A stretch of DNA of 64,000 bases from Novakomyces olei (Eukaryota). The stretch is taken from assembly GCA_016906335.1 (NCBI GenBank), contig JADEYG010000007.1, positions 2,480,001-2,544,000 of the forward strand. The letters are read 5' to 3'. Each line of letters opens with the position of its first letter. The first letter of the stretch is position 1. Under the pieces are notes generated by a model. That model did not search any database, was not told where the DNA came from, and saw only the letters and a list, made by a program, of their open reading frames with translations. The translations under genes and the position numbers were made by a program. Of this stretch, positions 1 through 13,440 are shown one piece after another.

Positions 1-323
1 TGCCGTACGTGCTGTAGCGGTTGGCTATTCATCATAGACTTTTGGCTCACCACTAGAATGCTACCTTTTATCTTGAAATAATCTATATGATAGGCCTAAT
101 AGAGAAACTCTTCAAATTTTATTATCAAATAATTTTTTTATAATCGGTCGCAGGCCATTGGTTTTCGACTACGGTGTACGTACGATTTTGACGTAAAGGC
201 GCCATATTTAACACAAGCGAATCGTTGCTTGAGTTGCGTTTTACTACTGTTTTAATTCAGCGCCCACTCACCTCCAATCGGTGACGCATTGGCGAGAAAA
301 GAAGGTTGAACAATAATTGCTAG

Positions 324-1478
<1,155 letters not shown>

Positions 1479-2083
1479 AATTCAATTTAACAAAACTAAG
1501 AATAAAAAGAAAGAAAAGACAAAAAAAATAATGTTGGAGTTTTAGGGGAAAATAGGAAAAGTGGCATATCTCGCAATGCGCGTTTCCCTATTAAAAAGTG
1601 TTTTTATTACTTAATATCCTGTCAAGCAGCAGGTTCATTATACGCTATTGCTAGTGAATATCCTATTCATATCCCTTGCATTGTCAAGTTGCCAATTTCT
1701 TCAGTGTGGCCTCTTCAATTTTGTTAAATTCAAAAATTTCAGTGGTCGTTTTTGTACCAGTTCTTCTTTGATTAGTTCTAAATTTAAAGGCATTCTGTAA
1801 TCGAGACCTCCTTGACGTGCCCAGTAGATCTTGCCTTTTGCAGCAATAGCACACTTGTCAGCGCCTGTAAAATAATCAAAATTCTACCTTGTCAAAACCT
1901 GCTAGCACGTCAAAGTTCAATAGTTTTATTCATCTCTAAAGTTGAATAATGAGGCACTGGTTATGTAAGAAAGAAAAACTCCCAAACCAAAGGCGTATGA
2001 TGGACGGTGAAAGAAGATCACTTTAGACCATGCAATTCTACTTCAGCCTCTAATTTAATGCTGCACCACAAGGAAGTAAACCA

Positions 2084-2104
2084 TTAGGGTTAGTTAGGGT
2101 TACT
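2084..2104 (+). promoter_or_regulatory. Tandem TTAGGGTTA telo-box (Tbf1/Teb1-type site) upstream of GPD1
   Basis: TTAGGGTTAGTTAGGGTTAC lies about 190 bp upstream of the first ATG. Confidence 0.5.
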
Positions 2105-2292
2105 ACTTATTAATTTTATCTAGCCAATAATTTTTACCAATTTAGCCAACCATTTTTGGGGAACGCAATAGATAAACAGGAGTGAAATCCCGTAAGATGT
2201 GTACATTAAATCATAAATAATACTTGTCTGGAGACGTGTGAATGAGTGAGCATAGTTCACGAGACTTCTCACCGTAAATCAAGTGAAGTTAC

Positions 2293-3965
2293 ATGACTGC
2301 AGCAGCAAGACTTTCTTTATGCTCGCGGCATTTAGCTTCTGCCGGTAATATTGAATCATTTGCAGCAGCATATTCTGCGAGAAAAGTGAGAACAATGGCA
2401 AAGAAACTGCAGGTATGCCTTATTGGCTCAGGCAACTGGTACGATTCATCCAATGGTCATTCTGACGTCTCTTGCTTCTTGTCTAACAATCTCCAGGGGA
2501 TCTGTTATCTCAAAAATAATGGGCGAGAACGTAGTCGAGCACCCAGACGTGTTTGAACAATCAATCCCAATGTGGGTTTACGAGGAGACAGTAGAGTATA
2601 AGGGCGAACAGCGGCGGCTTACCGACATCATCAACGAGGAGCATGAAAATATCAAATATTTGCCGGGAATAAAATTACCAAATATTGTCCATGCTGAACC
2701 CGATATCACTAAAGTCGGCTCCGTTGCGGATCTTTTGATATTTGTGATTCCCCACCAGGTATTCATGCCCCCTTTTTGAACAAGACGACGGATATGCTTA
2801 AATTGTTTAACAAAGCCGCGCAAAACAAACTAAATAAACAAAGGATAAAACGAACACAACAATAAATAAGGATAACAACCCAAAAGACCTTTAAATGGCT
2901 TTGAATCAACTTTACTAATAAAAGTTCACATCACGCATTTGCGACCAGCTAAAATCGGTTATCAAACCATCTGTGCAAGCATTATCTTGCATTAAAGGCG
3001 TTGCTGTTTCAAAACATGGAATTGAACTTATGCCACAGGCTATCCGGGAAAAGCTGGGTATATACTGCGGACAGTTGTCAGGAGCAAATATAGCAAACGA
3101 AGTAGCGCAGGGCCGGTTTAGCGAAACAACGATTGCCTGGGCTCCACCAGCAGAAACCCAAGATCCAATCTCTAAAGACGTGATACGACAGCTTTTCTAT
3201 CGTGATTATTTCCACATTGGAATCGTTGATGATTTGCCCAGCGTTTGTCTTGGTGGTGCGTTAAAAAACATTGTAGCCGTGGCCGCTGGGTTCGTTGACG
3301 GACTTGGATGGGGTGACAATGCCAAGGCGGCAGTTATGCGAAAAGGTCTGTTTAATTTCAAGTTGACTGAAATTCATTTCTTCTGGAGTTTACTGTTTAT
3401 TGCTTTGGTCTCTAATTGTGTTTTGAATTATTCTTTGTTCAGCATAACTAATACTCTTATAGGCCTGATGGAGATGAAAGAGTTTACTTTAATGTTTTTC
3501 CCGGACGCTCATCCTGATACGCTTGTTCAAGAGAGCTGTGGCGTCGGCGATCTTATAACGTCCTGTGCTGGAGGCCGAAATCATCGATGTGCCGTACAAT
3601 TTATAAAGACAAAAAAGGTATGTACTGCGCAAGTATCTTAAATAAAATTTAGACATCAAACCCGTCCTGTTTCATTCATTGTATCAATATTATATCCCAT
3701 CGTCTTCAATTGATCACGGACGCGTTTTGTTTTAGTTCTTTTTACTAGTCTTTTTATATTCATGAACTGCTCTAACATACAGTCAATGGACGAACTGGAG
3801 AAGGAATTGCTTGGCGGCCAAAAGCTACAAGGCTCGAGCACGGCCAAGGAGGTACACGAGTTTCTCGTGCACAGAGGCCTAGTTGATGAGTTTCCACTTT
3901 TCCGTTACGTTTACGAGGCGGTATTTGAAGGTGGCGATCCGAGTAGAGTGCATCTCGTCATATGA
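2293..3965 (+). CDS. GPD1: NAD-dependent glycerol-3-phosphate dehydrogenase, 5 exons
   Basis: Motifs IGSGNWGS, HENIKYLPG, IPHQF, LSGANIANEVA, GGALKNIVA, ESCGVGDLITSCAGGRN and GQKLQG join across introns 2439-2496, 2759-2924, ~3346-3462 and ~3618-3782. There are two in-frame ATGs (2293 and 2395). Confidence 0.95.
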
Positions 3966-4782
3966 AGCACGCCCACATAAACTTTTTCTCTGCATTTCAT
4001 TTAGTTCATTAATTATCTTGCCTGTCAGGCATAGCGTACAAGTAATTAGTAAATGGTAAATGGTAAATGGTAAGCAAGAACAAAATTCCTTGATTGTCTG
4101 ATTTTTGTACATGAGCAGAATTCATATGAATATTACAGGAAAAGCCGTTTTTGACAAATGACAAGTGGCTTGAATCATCCAGACTGACGTATCCTGTACC
4201 CGACTTCTGCTTGTGCATTTTAGCTAATGATTACCGCATACTGAAAAGCAGATTTGCGTAGAAAAATGCACTTGAAGGGATTTTCAACCAGATTGCACAA
4301 CGTCTACCTATTAAAGATTAGAAAGGGTCCAGGGAGTCGGACAATGGGGACATGAATACATCATTGCAACTGTAGCTGTAATTCAATTCCACATATGATT
4401 ACACTACAGCTTATTGGTAACTAGTAGACTACTCTAAACGTACACAATAATTACATCAAATAAAACCTGCCTGATTTGCTGCAGTAACCGTTTCACCATA
4501 GCACTAACTATCTGAACGGCTCTTTTTGAATCCTTTTGGATCCTTTTGAATTTTTTTAATCTAATGTAATTCTTATTTAACCAAATTTGCAATAGTACTA
4601 AATTCGTAAACCCTATAATATTCAAGTGGAATTCTGATATAACTTACTTGTACGGGGAAAGGAGACTTTCAGCTTATAATACTGCCTGATACCTACAATC
4701 ATCATCATATGTCAAATTGGCCTGTTGGAGGCTTATTGACAAAAGGTGCGCAGTAGATTGCGCTGCGACGCATACAGCATAA

Positions 4783-6676
4783 ATGTCGACCGGCAGACGG
4801 AGCTCTTCGATCGTGCGCGGCTCTAATGCGGCCAGCTCGGCTACAGCATCCGCTATGGCGAACATTAGCATATACGATCTGCTAGCTACGCCTCCCATTA
4901 ACCCCCACGATGTGCCACCGAGCCGCGAATGGCAGCACGTGCCAGCCTCTGAACTGGTCAAGGGGCAGACTGTATACTGGATCGACAAGCAGACGCCAGT
5001 TGAAGAAGCCTGCCAGGTATTTTTCTCATTTTTTTACTAGGGTTTATCAAGGCATTACTATTCTCTATATTATAGATCAGCTTTACTAGAGGAGCAAGCC
5101 TTGGCTGCTTTGGTCTAATCTTGCCTTTTCTTTGGCTGATTGCTTTACTGACTGATTTGATTTTCAATATTGTCTCATGCCTATCTCAATTTCTATGGAT
5201 CTAATCATAAAGACTCTGGTGGAACACGATCTTCTCTGCCTACTCATACGCACTGCTCCGGGCGTTAATCAGTGTGCTGGCGTTTTTGATTACTCGGACA
5301 TTATTGCCTTTTTGCTGCTCGTTCTGGGTCACGGGAATCCCGATACCGCGAATGATTTCTCCCGGCTCGTCAAGACGGCTCGGCAGGGCGGGCAAGTTCC
5401 GGTCTCAATGGTAATATTAAATAACAAATCATGTATTATGACAAAAAGAAGGATATCTGTTTTTATAATTCAAGCCTCAAAGTTGAATGCGAATAAGGGA
5501 CTACAGGTTTATGAATGAAAGCTTATGGCAAATTTAATAGAGGCAAAAACTGACAATGCAGGTATCCGATCTCGGGCAAAAAGACCCATTTCTCGCCTTT
5601 TCCGAGACGGTTAAGATTGGAGAGCTCGCAGATATTTTGGGTACGGGTGTACGGCGAGTCGCGATCACGCGCCATGGCTCTAGCGAAGTAATCGGAATCT
5701 TCTCACAACAACGGCTCGTCAAGTACCTGTGGGACCACGCTCGTTATTTCCATGCTACAGAAGCGCTCTATTCTCGAACCGTTCGGGAATTACAGCTAGG
5801 AAGTAACCATGTCATTTCTATTCCCGGTGACGCAAAGGTGCTAGAAGCATTTGAGTCAATGAGTAAGTGCTTGCCGATGCCTTTGTCTTGTTTACACATT
5901 GTACCTTGTCCGGAAATATCATGCATTTTGTCATCTATAATATTACCGTGTTCCTTTAATTTTGATTTATTATATTACATTGCCAATTGATAATAATTAT
6001 CTAACGTCAAGACACACACGGCATCTCGTCGCTGGCGGTGGTAGACCACCAGGGTTATCTACTGGGCAATATATCTGCTGTTGACGTAAAATATGTGACA
6101 CGATCATCATCGGCTCACTTGCTCAATGCACCAGCTTCGCACTATCTTTCCGTTATAAAGTACGAACAAGGGCTCCGCGATGGAAAAGACTCGGCTCCAC
6201 ACTTTAGCATTAAATCGTCCAGTACACTCGGCTACACTGTGGCTAAACTCGTGGCCACGAAAACTCACCGGCTTTGGATGGTTAGTGGAGGGACAAGCTC
6301 TACTCCGGCGTCTGCTAATGGAGCAAATGCCAGTGCTACGGCAGTTCAGAGTTCCCCGCAGTCGACACATTCTACTCTTTCCCCCTCTGTAGTTGCTCCT
6401 GCTGTCGTTACTCCAACTTCGCCTCCTCTTGCTGCTACAGTTTACAGTCCAACACCGCCGTCTACTCCAGGCCACGCCTCTGTACCAGCTGCACCGGGGA
6501 GCCAGGGCGGCCTTTTACAGGGCGTCGTCTCGCTGACTGACGTGCTGGGTGCCTTTGTCCGGTCGATTGGTGGATCAGTCGATCCGACGGAGGCCCGTGA
6601 AGTACGTAGACGCCGAACAAGCAGCACTTCTACAAATACCGAACGGCCTGTAGTCGAACGGCCGGCTCGGAAATAG
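4783..6676 (+). CDS. SDS23: CBS-domain protein of the Sds23/Sds24 family, 4 exons
   Basis: Motifs REWQHV, TPVEEACQ|TLVEH, FDYSDI, GIFSQQRLVKYLW, ISSLAVVD..LLGNISAVDVK, LGYTVAKLVATKTHRLW and GVVSLTDVL. Introns at 5017-5212, 5411-5561 and 5863-6011. Confidence 0.9.
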
Positions 6677-7530
6677 TACTGGGCCGTAGTGGCCAATCTC
6701 TATCTTGTTCATCCCTAATTTCCCATTATTTTCTTATTTCCCGACTTGCTTACTATTTAAATTTGTTTGTATTTTTTTAACTCTCTTCCTTGTCTTGTAT
6801 CTCTTTTTAACAGTGTGATTTTCTCTTATTTTCTTTTGCAGTTTGACGGTTTGTGCTCATCTTTTTTTCATGCGAATACAATCTTGCCAGTGTGCAAGGT
6901 CTGCAACTATCTTGTCCGAGAGCCACCTCAGCCTTTTGCTGCATTGTGGTCGTGTTCAATACCGAGACATTGATTTTGCCGGACGCAGTATTAGCCTAAT
7001 TGAAAGTGTCTCAACTATTTGCCGTGTTGCCGTGTACCTTCTAGTCTTGATAATAACAAGTCACTGTGACTAGTGGTGTCTTGGTATAGTATTGGCCTGA
7101 AATTGTCGGGAGGAAATATGGCTATTAGATGAATGAAAAGATTTAAAAAGGTACAATTTCGTTACTGTCGAGCACCGCGACCGCACCATGTTTATATTAA
7201 TCAATTCGCTAAAAATAACGCAAACTTGTTTGTGCAAAATCTATGGCAGTCCTGTCAACACGAAAGCATATGCGCGAATACGCTTGATATAGAAACCCCG
7301 CATAATTAGAGCGAGATATCGAGACCAAAAAAAAAAGGCAAAATGACAGATGGTAAGTAAATAAAAAGTAGGAGAAACAACGACGATTGTATATAAACAG
7401 CAATAACCGTTCGTCAAAGACTCTTGTCAAAGACTCCTTGACGAGACTAGTCTATGACGAGAGTCTTTGAATAAAGCAAGTACAAGTACAAAGAGGCACA
7501 AGCCCAGCCAGCCTCGGGCGCCACTCACCG

Positions 7531-8382
7531 CTACCCCCTGAGGCGCAGTACGTCTCCGGTCTGAGCCTTGGCAGGGCAGGAGTCGTTGTACAGTTGGCAT
7601 TTGCACTCCTCAACGGTGGGGCATGAAACGTGAGGTTGGCCAAACATAATGTGCCAGGTGTACTCCATGACTCGGCCAGAGACAGACGAAGGCAGTTCAC
7701 TCTGCGCCAGCCACACCAGAGTCTCCTTGTAAAACGCGAGCGGCCTGTTCCTGACGACGCGTCCAGAGACGACAAACTGGGAGCAGCAAGGTGCCCCCAC
7801 CACATCGGGCAGAGGACCCAGCCAGTGGCCAAAGTGCCGATTCCAGGCGCCCGGGTACGATTCTTCCGGCTGCCTCCCCGAGTTTATACGGGACGTGTCT
7901 ATCTCCACGATGCAGCCGGGCACCCAGTCGCAGCGCAGGCTGTGGTAGCCAAGCGTATCCCGAACCCGATCCCACTGTACGTGGTTCAGCGTCTCCACAA
8001 GATCGCCGTTGAAGACGTCGTGGTGCCATGCGTTGCGGTGCCAATGGACAAAGGCAATTGTCTCTGGCAGAGAGTCATAGTTGTCCACTATATAGCTCAG
8101 GTAGGCGGCTGCCTCGTTGCCACGCTGCACATGCGGCCGGTTGGGGCCGTATGGCGCGTCTGTTACATAGAGCTTGTAAGGCACACTCAGCTCGTCGAGC
8201 CACTGTGTATCGTCCTCCGCCCGGCAGACTGCGACCACTACTCGCGGCTGCGAAGGGTGCCACCTGTGCAGCCGTATACTGCTGTTTTCATGGAGCGACA
8301 GGAGGAACAGAGCCGTGGCTGCTGCTCCCGCTACTATTGCTGCAAGTACTCTTACTTGCAGCCGCCTTAGAGGTATTTGCAT
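7531..8382 (-). CDS. DUF3431-family protein with an N-terminal membrane anchor
   Basis: Motifs RGNEAAAYLSYIVDNYDSLP, FVHWHRNAWH, LRC.W.PGC, APCCSQFVVS, SGRVMEYTWHIMFG and C.CQLY. First ATG is at 8382; the ORF track starts upstream at a GTG. Confidence 0.85.
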   Translation of the reverse strand: MQIPLRRLQVRVLAAIVAGAAATALFLLSLHENSSIRLHRWHPSQPRVVVAVCRAEDDTQWLDELSVPYKLYVTDAPYGPNRPHVQRGNEAAAYLSYIVDNYDSLPETIAFVHWHRNAWHHDVFNGDLVETLNHVQWDRVRDTLGYHSLRCDWVPGCIVEIDTSRINSGRQPEESYPGAWNRHFGHWLGPLPDVVGAPCCSQFVVSGRVVRNRPLAFYKETLVWLAQSELPSSVSGRVMEYTWHIMFGQPHVSCPTVEECKCQLYNDSCPAKAQTGDVLRLRG

Positions 8383-8798
8383 GGCGACCAGAGAGTCGGC
8401 AAGAGAGTCGGCCTCAGAATTGGCCAAAGAATTAGCCTCGAATTGTACAAGCTCTATTATTTGAAACAATTCTGTCTGCACTTAACCCTGAAATCTCCAA
8501 ATTCTTCTCAAGCCTTTACCAGAGCTTACATGTATATTTAATTTATTGAATAATATATACATATATATATATGTCCCTGATCGCCACTGAGCTTGGACCT
8601 TTACAATTCGTTATTACAGTCAGATAGTTAGTTCAACCGTTAAATTTTCGAAGTAAATATTAGTGTTTAGACTAGAAACAATTCTCCGTCCGTTTAATAT
8701 TACCTGTACGAGCAAATATAGCGTGTGATTTATACATTTATTATATATGTGGAAACTCTTAGTAGCTTGCAGGTACCACGGCGATAATAGGATACGGT

Positions 8799-8824
8799 TT
8801 AGGGTTAAATCTTTATTAGGGTTA
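8799..8824 (+). promoter_or_regulatory. Two TTAGGGTTA telo-boxes upstream of KRE33
   Basis: TTAGGGTTA occurs at 8799-8807 and 8816-8824, about 55-80 bp before the ATG. Confidence 0.5.
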
Positions 8825-8879
8825 AAATTTAAATCTTTTTTTCCCTTATGCGATAATCCAAACTTTTTTCCTCTACACA

Positions 8880-11800
8880 ATGCCTTCCAAGGCAATAGAT
8901 TCGCGCATACCTGCGCTCCTGAAGAACAATGTTCAGGTACGACAAAACGTATTTGATTTGTCTCTAATCTTTCGCACAGGAAAAAAAGCGCAGTTTTTTC
9001 GTTATCGTTGGCGACCGCGGTCGCGAACAAATCGTAAACTTGCACTATCTTTTGGGCAAAATGCAAATCACAGCACGGCCCAATGTTTTGTGGATGTACA
9101 AGAAAGACCTGCTTGGATTCACAAGGTAAGGTTTACGTTTCTGGCTATTTTTTTTAGTGCTTTTGCATTTTCTCCGTGGCAAGTTTCACTCTCTCTTTGC
9201 CTTGTTGTCTAGTGCAATTCTGCGTTGCACAGTGCTGCATTATGTCGCGTTTAAATTTTGGTAGAATTACTATTCAATCGTGCGGGCAATTCACACTGGC
9301 TTAGCGCCATTATTTTCTTGCACTATTGCTAAGGGACAATAGCCACCGGAAAAAACGAGAAAACAAAATCAAGCGTGAAGTCAAACGCGGTATTCGCGAG
9401 GCAAACCAGGAAGACCCTTTCGAGCTGTTTGTATCGGTAACAGATATCCGCTACTGTTATTACAAAGAGTCAGACAAAATCCTGGGCCAAACTTTTGGCA
9501 TGCTGGTACTGCAAGACTTTGAAGCTCTAACGCCAAACTTACTGGCTCGTACAATTGAAACTGTACAGGGCGGCGGGGCCGTTGTTCTCCTACTCAAAAG
9601 CATGACTTCACTCAAACAGCTTTACACTATGAGCATGGACGTGCATGCTCGTTATCGTACGGAAGCCCACGGCGATGTGGTTTCCCGGTTCAATGAGCGC
9701 TTTATCCTTTCACTTGCCTCGTGCTCTAGTTGCCTCGTCGTGGACGATGAACTGAATGTGCTCCCACTTTCCGGTGCTAGAAACGTTAAACCCCTGCCTG
9801 CTACTGATTCAGAGTCTGGAAGCACTAACCAGCAAGAGCTAAAGACAGTGAAAGACCAGCTAAAGGATACGCAGCCAGTAGGCCCGCTCGTTTCCCTCGC
9901 TCGGACACTCGATCAAGCTCAGGCAATCCTTAGTTTTGTCGAGGCAATTACGGATAAAACGTTACGCAGTACAGTAGCCTTAACGGCCGGCCGAGGCCGG
10001 GGCAAGTCAGCCGCTCTGGGTCTGGCAATTGCTGCTGCCGTTGCCCACGGCTACTCAAACATCTTTGTGACTTCACCGAGCCCAGAGAATCTAAGGACGC
10101 TTTTTGAGTTTGTGTTCAAGGGATTTGACGCCCTTCAGTACGAGGAGCATATTGACTATGATATAGTACAGTCAACTAATCCTGCCTTTAATAAGGCTAT
10201 TGTTAGGGTTAACGTGTTTCGGCAGCATCGCCAAACTATCCAGTACATTCAGCCTCGCGACGCTCATGTCCTGGGACAGGCAGAGCTCGTTATCATCGAC
10301 GAGGCAGCTGCTATACCTCTGCCACTAGTTAAGAACTTGTTGGGTCCCTACCTTGTATTTATGGCGTCAACTATAAACGGGTACGAGGGCACAGGCCGGT
10401 CGCTATCGCTCAAGTTGATTCAGCAGTTACGTGAACAGTCGCGCGGCTTTGTTGCAAGACAGGACAAGAGTATTGCTTCCGCTGAAAATGGCTCCTCCAG
10501 GGATTCGAGCGCTAATGTAGGTGGACGTACACTACGTGAACTTTCTTTGCAAGAGCCGATTCGTTATGCCTCTGGCGACGCTGTGGAGCAGTGGCTAAAC
10601 AAGCTTCTGTGCCTTGACGCTACTACATTTGCTTCTAATACGGTTAACCCTAACCCTTTGGAAAACACTTTTGTTTCGGCAGCAGGGTTCCCCCACCCTT
10701 CGACGTGCTCTCTGTACGCGGTTAATAGGGACACACTCTTCTCCTTCCACCCCGTCTCTGAAGCCTTTTTGCACCGAATGGTGGCCTTGTACGTGTCGAG
10801 TCACTACAAAAACTCGCCCAACGATTTGCAGTTAATGTCAGATGCTCCTGCCCATCAGCTTTATGTGCTTCTGCCCCCTCAGCCAGCCAGTGATAAAGGC
10901 CACAAAGTCCCAGAGCCATTGGCTGTTATTCAGGTGGCCCTGGAAGGTGAAATATCAAAGCAGGCAATCCTGAGCAGCCTTTCCCGGGGTCAGCGAATGG
11001 ACGGAGACCTTATCCCCTATTTAATTTCTCAGCAGTACCAGGATCAAGGGTTTGCCAGGCTTGGAGGTGCCCGAATCGTTCGTATAGCCACCAGCCCTGA
11101 ATACGCGGGCAAAGGCTATGGATCTTTTGCTTTGCAATTACTAATTGATTATTTCCAGGGCAAATTTGCTCCCCTCGGAGACCGAATTGCCGAGCCACCG
11201 GGGTTGCGTCGGGTCAGCGACACCGAAATTGAAGAAGCAAACTTGCACTCTGATAACGTTCGAGTCAGGGACGCAAAGTCAATGCCTCCGCTGCTCAGTG
11301 ATCTTTCCCAAGTGCCTGCGCCCTATATTACTTACTTGGGAGTCGCCTTTGGCCTGACTTTACAACTGCACCGGTTTTGGCGACGTTCAGGATTTGTTCC
11401 GCTGTACATTAGACAAACTACAAACGATTTGACGGGAGAGCATTCTACTGTAATGCTGCGGCTATTACAGGAGAGCAATAATAACGAAACAAATAATGAT
11501 AACGAAAATGAAAACAACAATGGGAGCGAAACTACAGATCGAGAATGGTTCGCGGATTATACTCGCGACTTTTTCCGTCGCTTTGGAACGCTTTTGTCCT
11601 TCCAATTTCGTGAATTCAAAACGATTATGGCTCTCAGCGTCCTAGAATCAATCGGCAAAGGCTTTGCTTCTGCAGGGAAAGCCGAGCCTGATCTTGATGC
11701 TGTACAGCTAAGGCAGATCCTTTCCATTTTTGACTTGAAGAGGCTGGAAGCTTATGCTAATAATATGGTGGATTACCATGTCATAGTCGACCTTTTCCCA

Positions 11801-12361
11801 CAATTAGCGCACTTGTTTTTCCAGGGCCGATTGGGTGCTGGCGTGGGCCTTTCCTCTGTGCAACAGGCGATTTTGCTCGGACTTGGATTGCAGCGCAAGT
11901 CTGTTGACGATCTGGAAACGGAACTTAATCTTCCGAATAATCAGCTTTTAGCTATGCTGACCAAGATAATGCGCAAGATCTCTGGCAGATTTAGAGAGCT
12001 GGAGAAGCAAGGGCTGATTGAAAGCGAAGAAAGAGGGCCAAGTGATGGAGAAGTAAAGGTAGACGGGTCATCAAAGGCGGCTAAAATCGCGTTTGCTCCG
12101 CTGGAAAAGACGCTGGAAGAAGAAGAGGAAGAGGCGGCAGACGAAGCTCGGCAGCAGTTACGGGAAAAGCAGCGAGCTTTAATCGAAGCAATGGACTTGT
12201 CGCAGTATGCTATTGGCGATGGAGGAGACTGGGCCGAGGCAGAGACACAGATTGGAAAGGCCAGGTCGGGGACCAGTAGTGTAGTCAGCGTCAAGAGTAA
12301 CGGGGAGAAAAGGAGCCAAAAGCCGTCGGGCAAGCCTGAGCACAAGAAGCGAAAACACTAG
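8880..12361 (+). CDS. KRE33: RNA cytidine acetyltransferase Kre33/NAT10, 3 exons
   Basis: Spliced N-terminus IDSRIPALLKNNVQ|EKKRSFFVIVGD...LLGFTS|HRKKRE. Motifs LQDFEALTPNLLARTIETV, AGRGRGKS, DEAAAIP, STINGYEGTGR, SSHYKNSPNDLQ and GARIVRIA. Introns at 8937-8979 and 9126-9342. Confidence 0.97.
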
Positions 12362-12549
12362 GCTCTTTAATTGGGTCTCCATTGGGCCTTGTCTACCACA
12401 AGCCTATGTCTTTTATGCTATTAAATATTTTTGCTGCTCTCCGTCTCAGGTCGAGTTTCGGAAATTTGTACATATAAATAGATTGGTTTTGATTCGGCAA
12501 CATTTGAACGATTGTTGGTCAATTTCGTATTATAATGCAAAAGGGTATA

Positions 12550-13070
12550 TCATCGCCGTAGGAGAACGTATATATCGCCCTGAGATATCCGTATTAGCTT
12601 GCGGTAGGGACCGTCTAGGGACATGAGCAGACCGCCAAAGGAGACGTAAATAGACCTGCTTGTTAGATTTTCTCCAAAAGAAAAGAAAAAGAAAAGAGGG
12701 ATAGAACAAGGAACAGGCAAACAAATCAACAGGGCAAAAGAAGACAAGCTTACAATCGGTCTTTGCCATTCTCATCGATCCTGTAAACTTTTCCGTGAGT
12801 AATATACTCGGCGGTTTCTTGCAGTTCGTCGCTCTGCAAGGAACTCGTAATCTGCACACCGATCGACTTTTTCTCTGCAACGTCGAATATCTGTGAATTG
12901 TAATCCAATTCGAGTACAATATCCTCTGCCGCCGAAAGGGCCTTCAGCCGAGATACTGTACATTAGTCAATAACGCGACAATACGTCAAATGTGACGTAC
13001 CCCGCTCGTAGCGTCCAGACGAGACGGATTGTACCGTGAAAAACTCGTCCAGCAGCAATGGATCAGCCAT
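12550..13070 (-). CDS. RPB8: RNA polymerase I/II/III shared subunit Rpb8 (RPABC3), 125 aa, 3 exons
   Basis: Exons 13070-13001, 12955-12754 and 12655-12550 give MADPLLLDEFFTV...YERVSRL...EYITHGKVYR...SIYVSFGGLLM...YVLLRR. Confidence 0.93.
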
Positions 13071-13259
13071 GGCAGTCTGGTGCTTGAAATATTTATTATT
13101 GCTCAATAATCGCGCGAAATTCTATATTATTATATACCTTTTTTTTACTGAGAGCTAAACGATAAGACAATTCATATTAATCAATATTTTTTTCTTGATT
13201 ATCCACAAATAATGTTCATAATATGGTATAATTTAATATAATATTCATTTAATAATATA

Positions 13260-13407
13260 ATTCATAATAATAATCATAAAAACATTCATAACATAATTCA
13301 TAATGTCATATTCATAATATATTCATAATATATTCATAATATATTCATAATATATTCATAATATATTCATAATATATTCATAATATATTCATAATATATT
13401 CATAATT
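13260..13407. repeat. AT-rich minisatellite (ATTCATAATAT)n in the RPB8/TIM23 divergent promoter
   Basis: About 8-9 near-perfect 11-bp units at ~13310-13407, with degenerate copies upstream. Confidence 0.9.
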
Positions 13408-13440
13408 ATATTGCACAAAAAATTTCGGCCAGAGAGCACC

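Noticed and set aside
7630..8435. Several antisense and alternate-frame ORFs over the DUF3431 gene
   Set aside because: They are shadows of a GC-rich coding sequence and show no motifs.
10645..10655. TAACCCTAACC telomere-like word inside KRE33
   Set aside because: It encodes VNPNP within the CDS and is too short to be an interstitial telomere or telomerase template.
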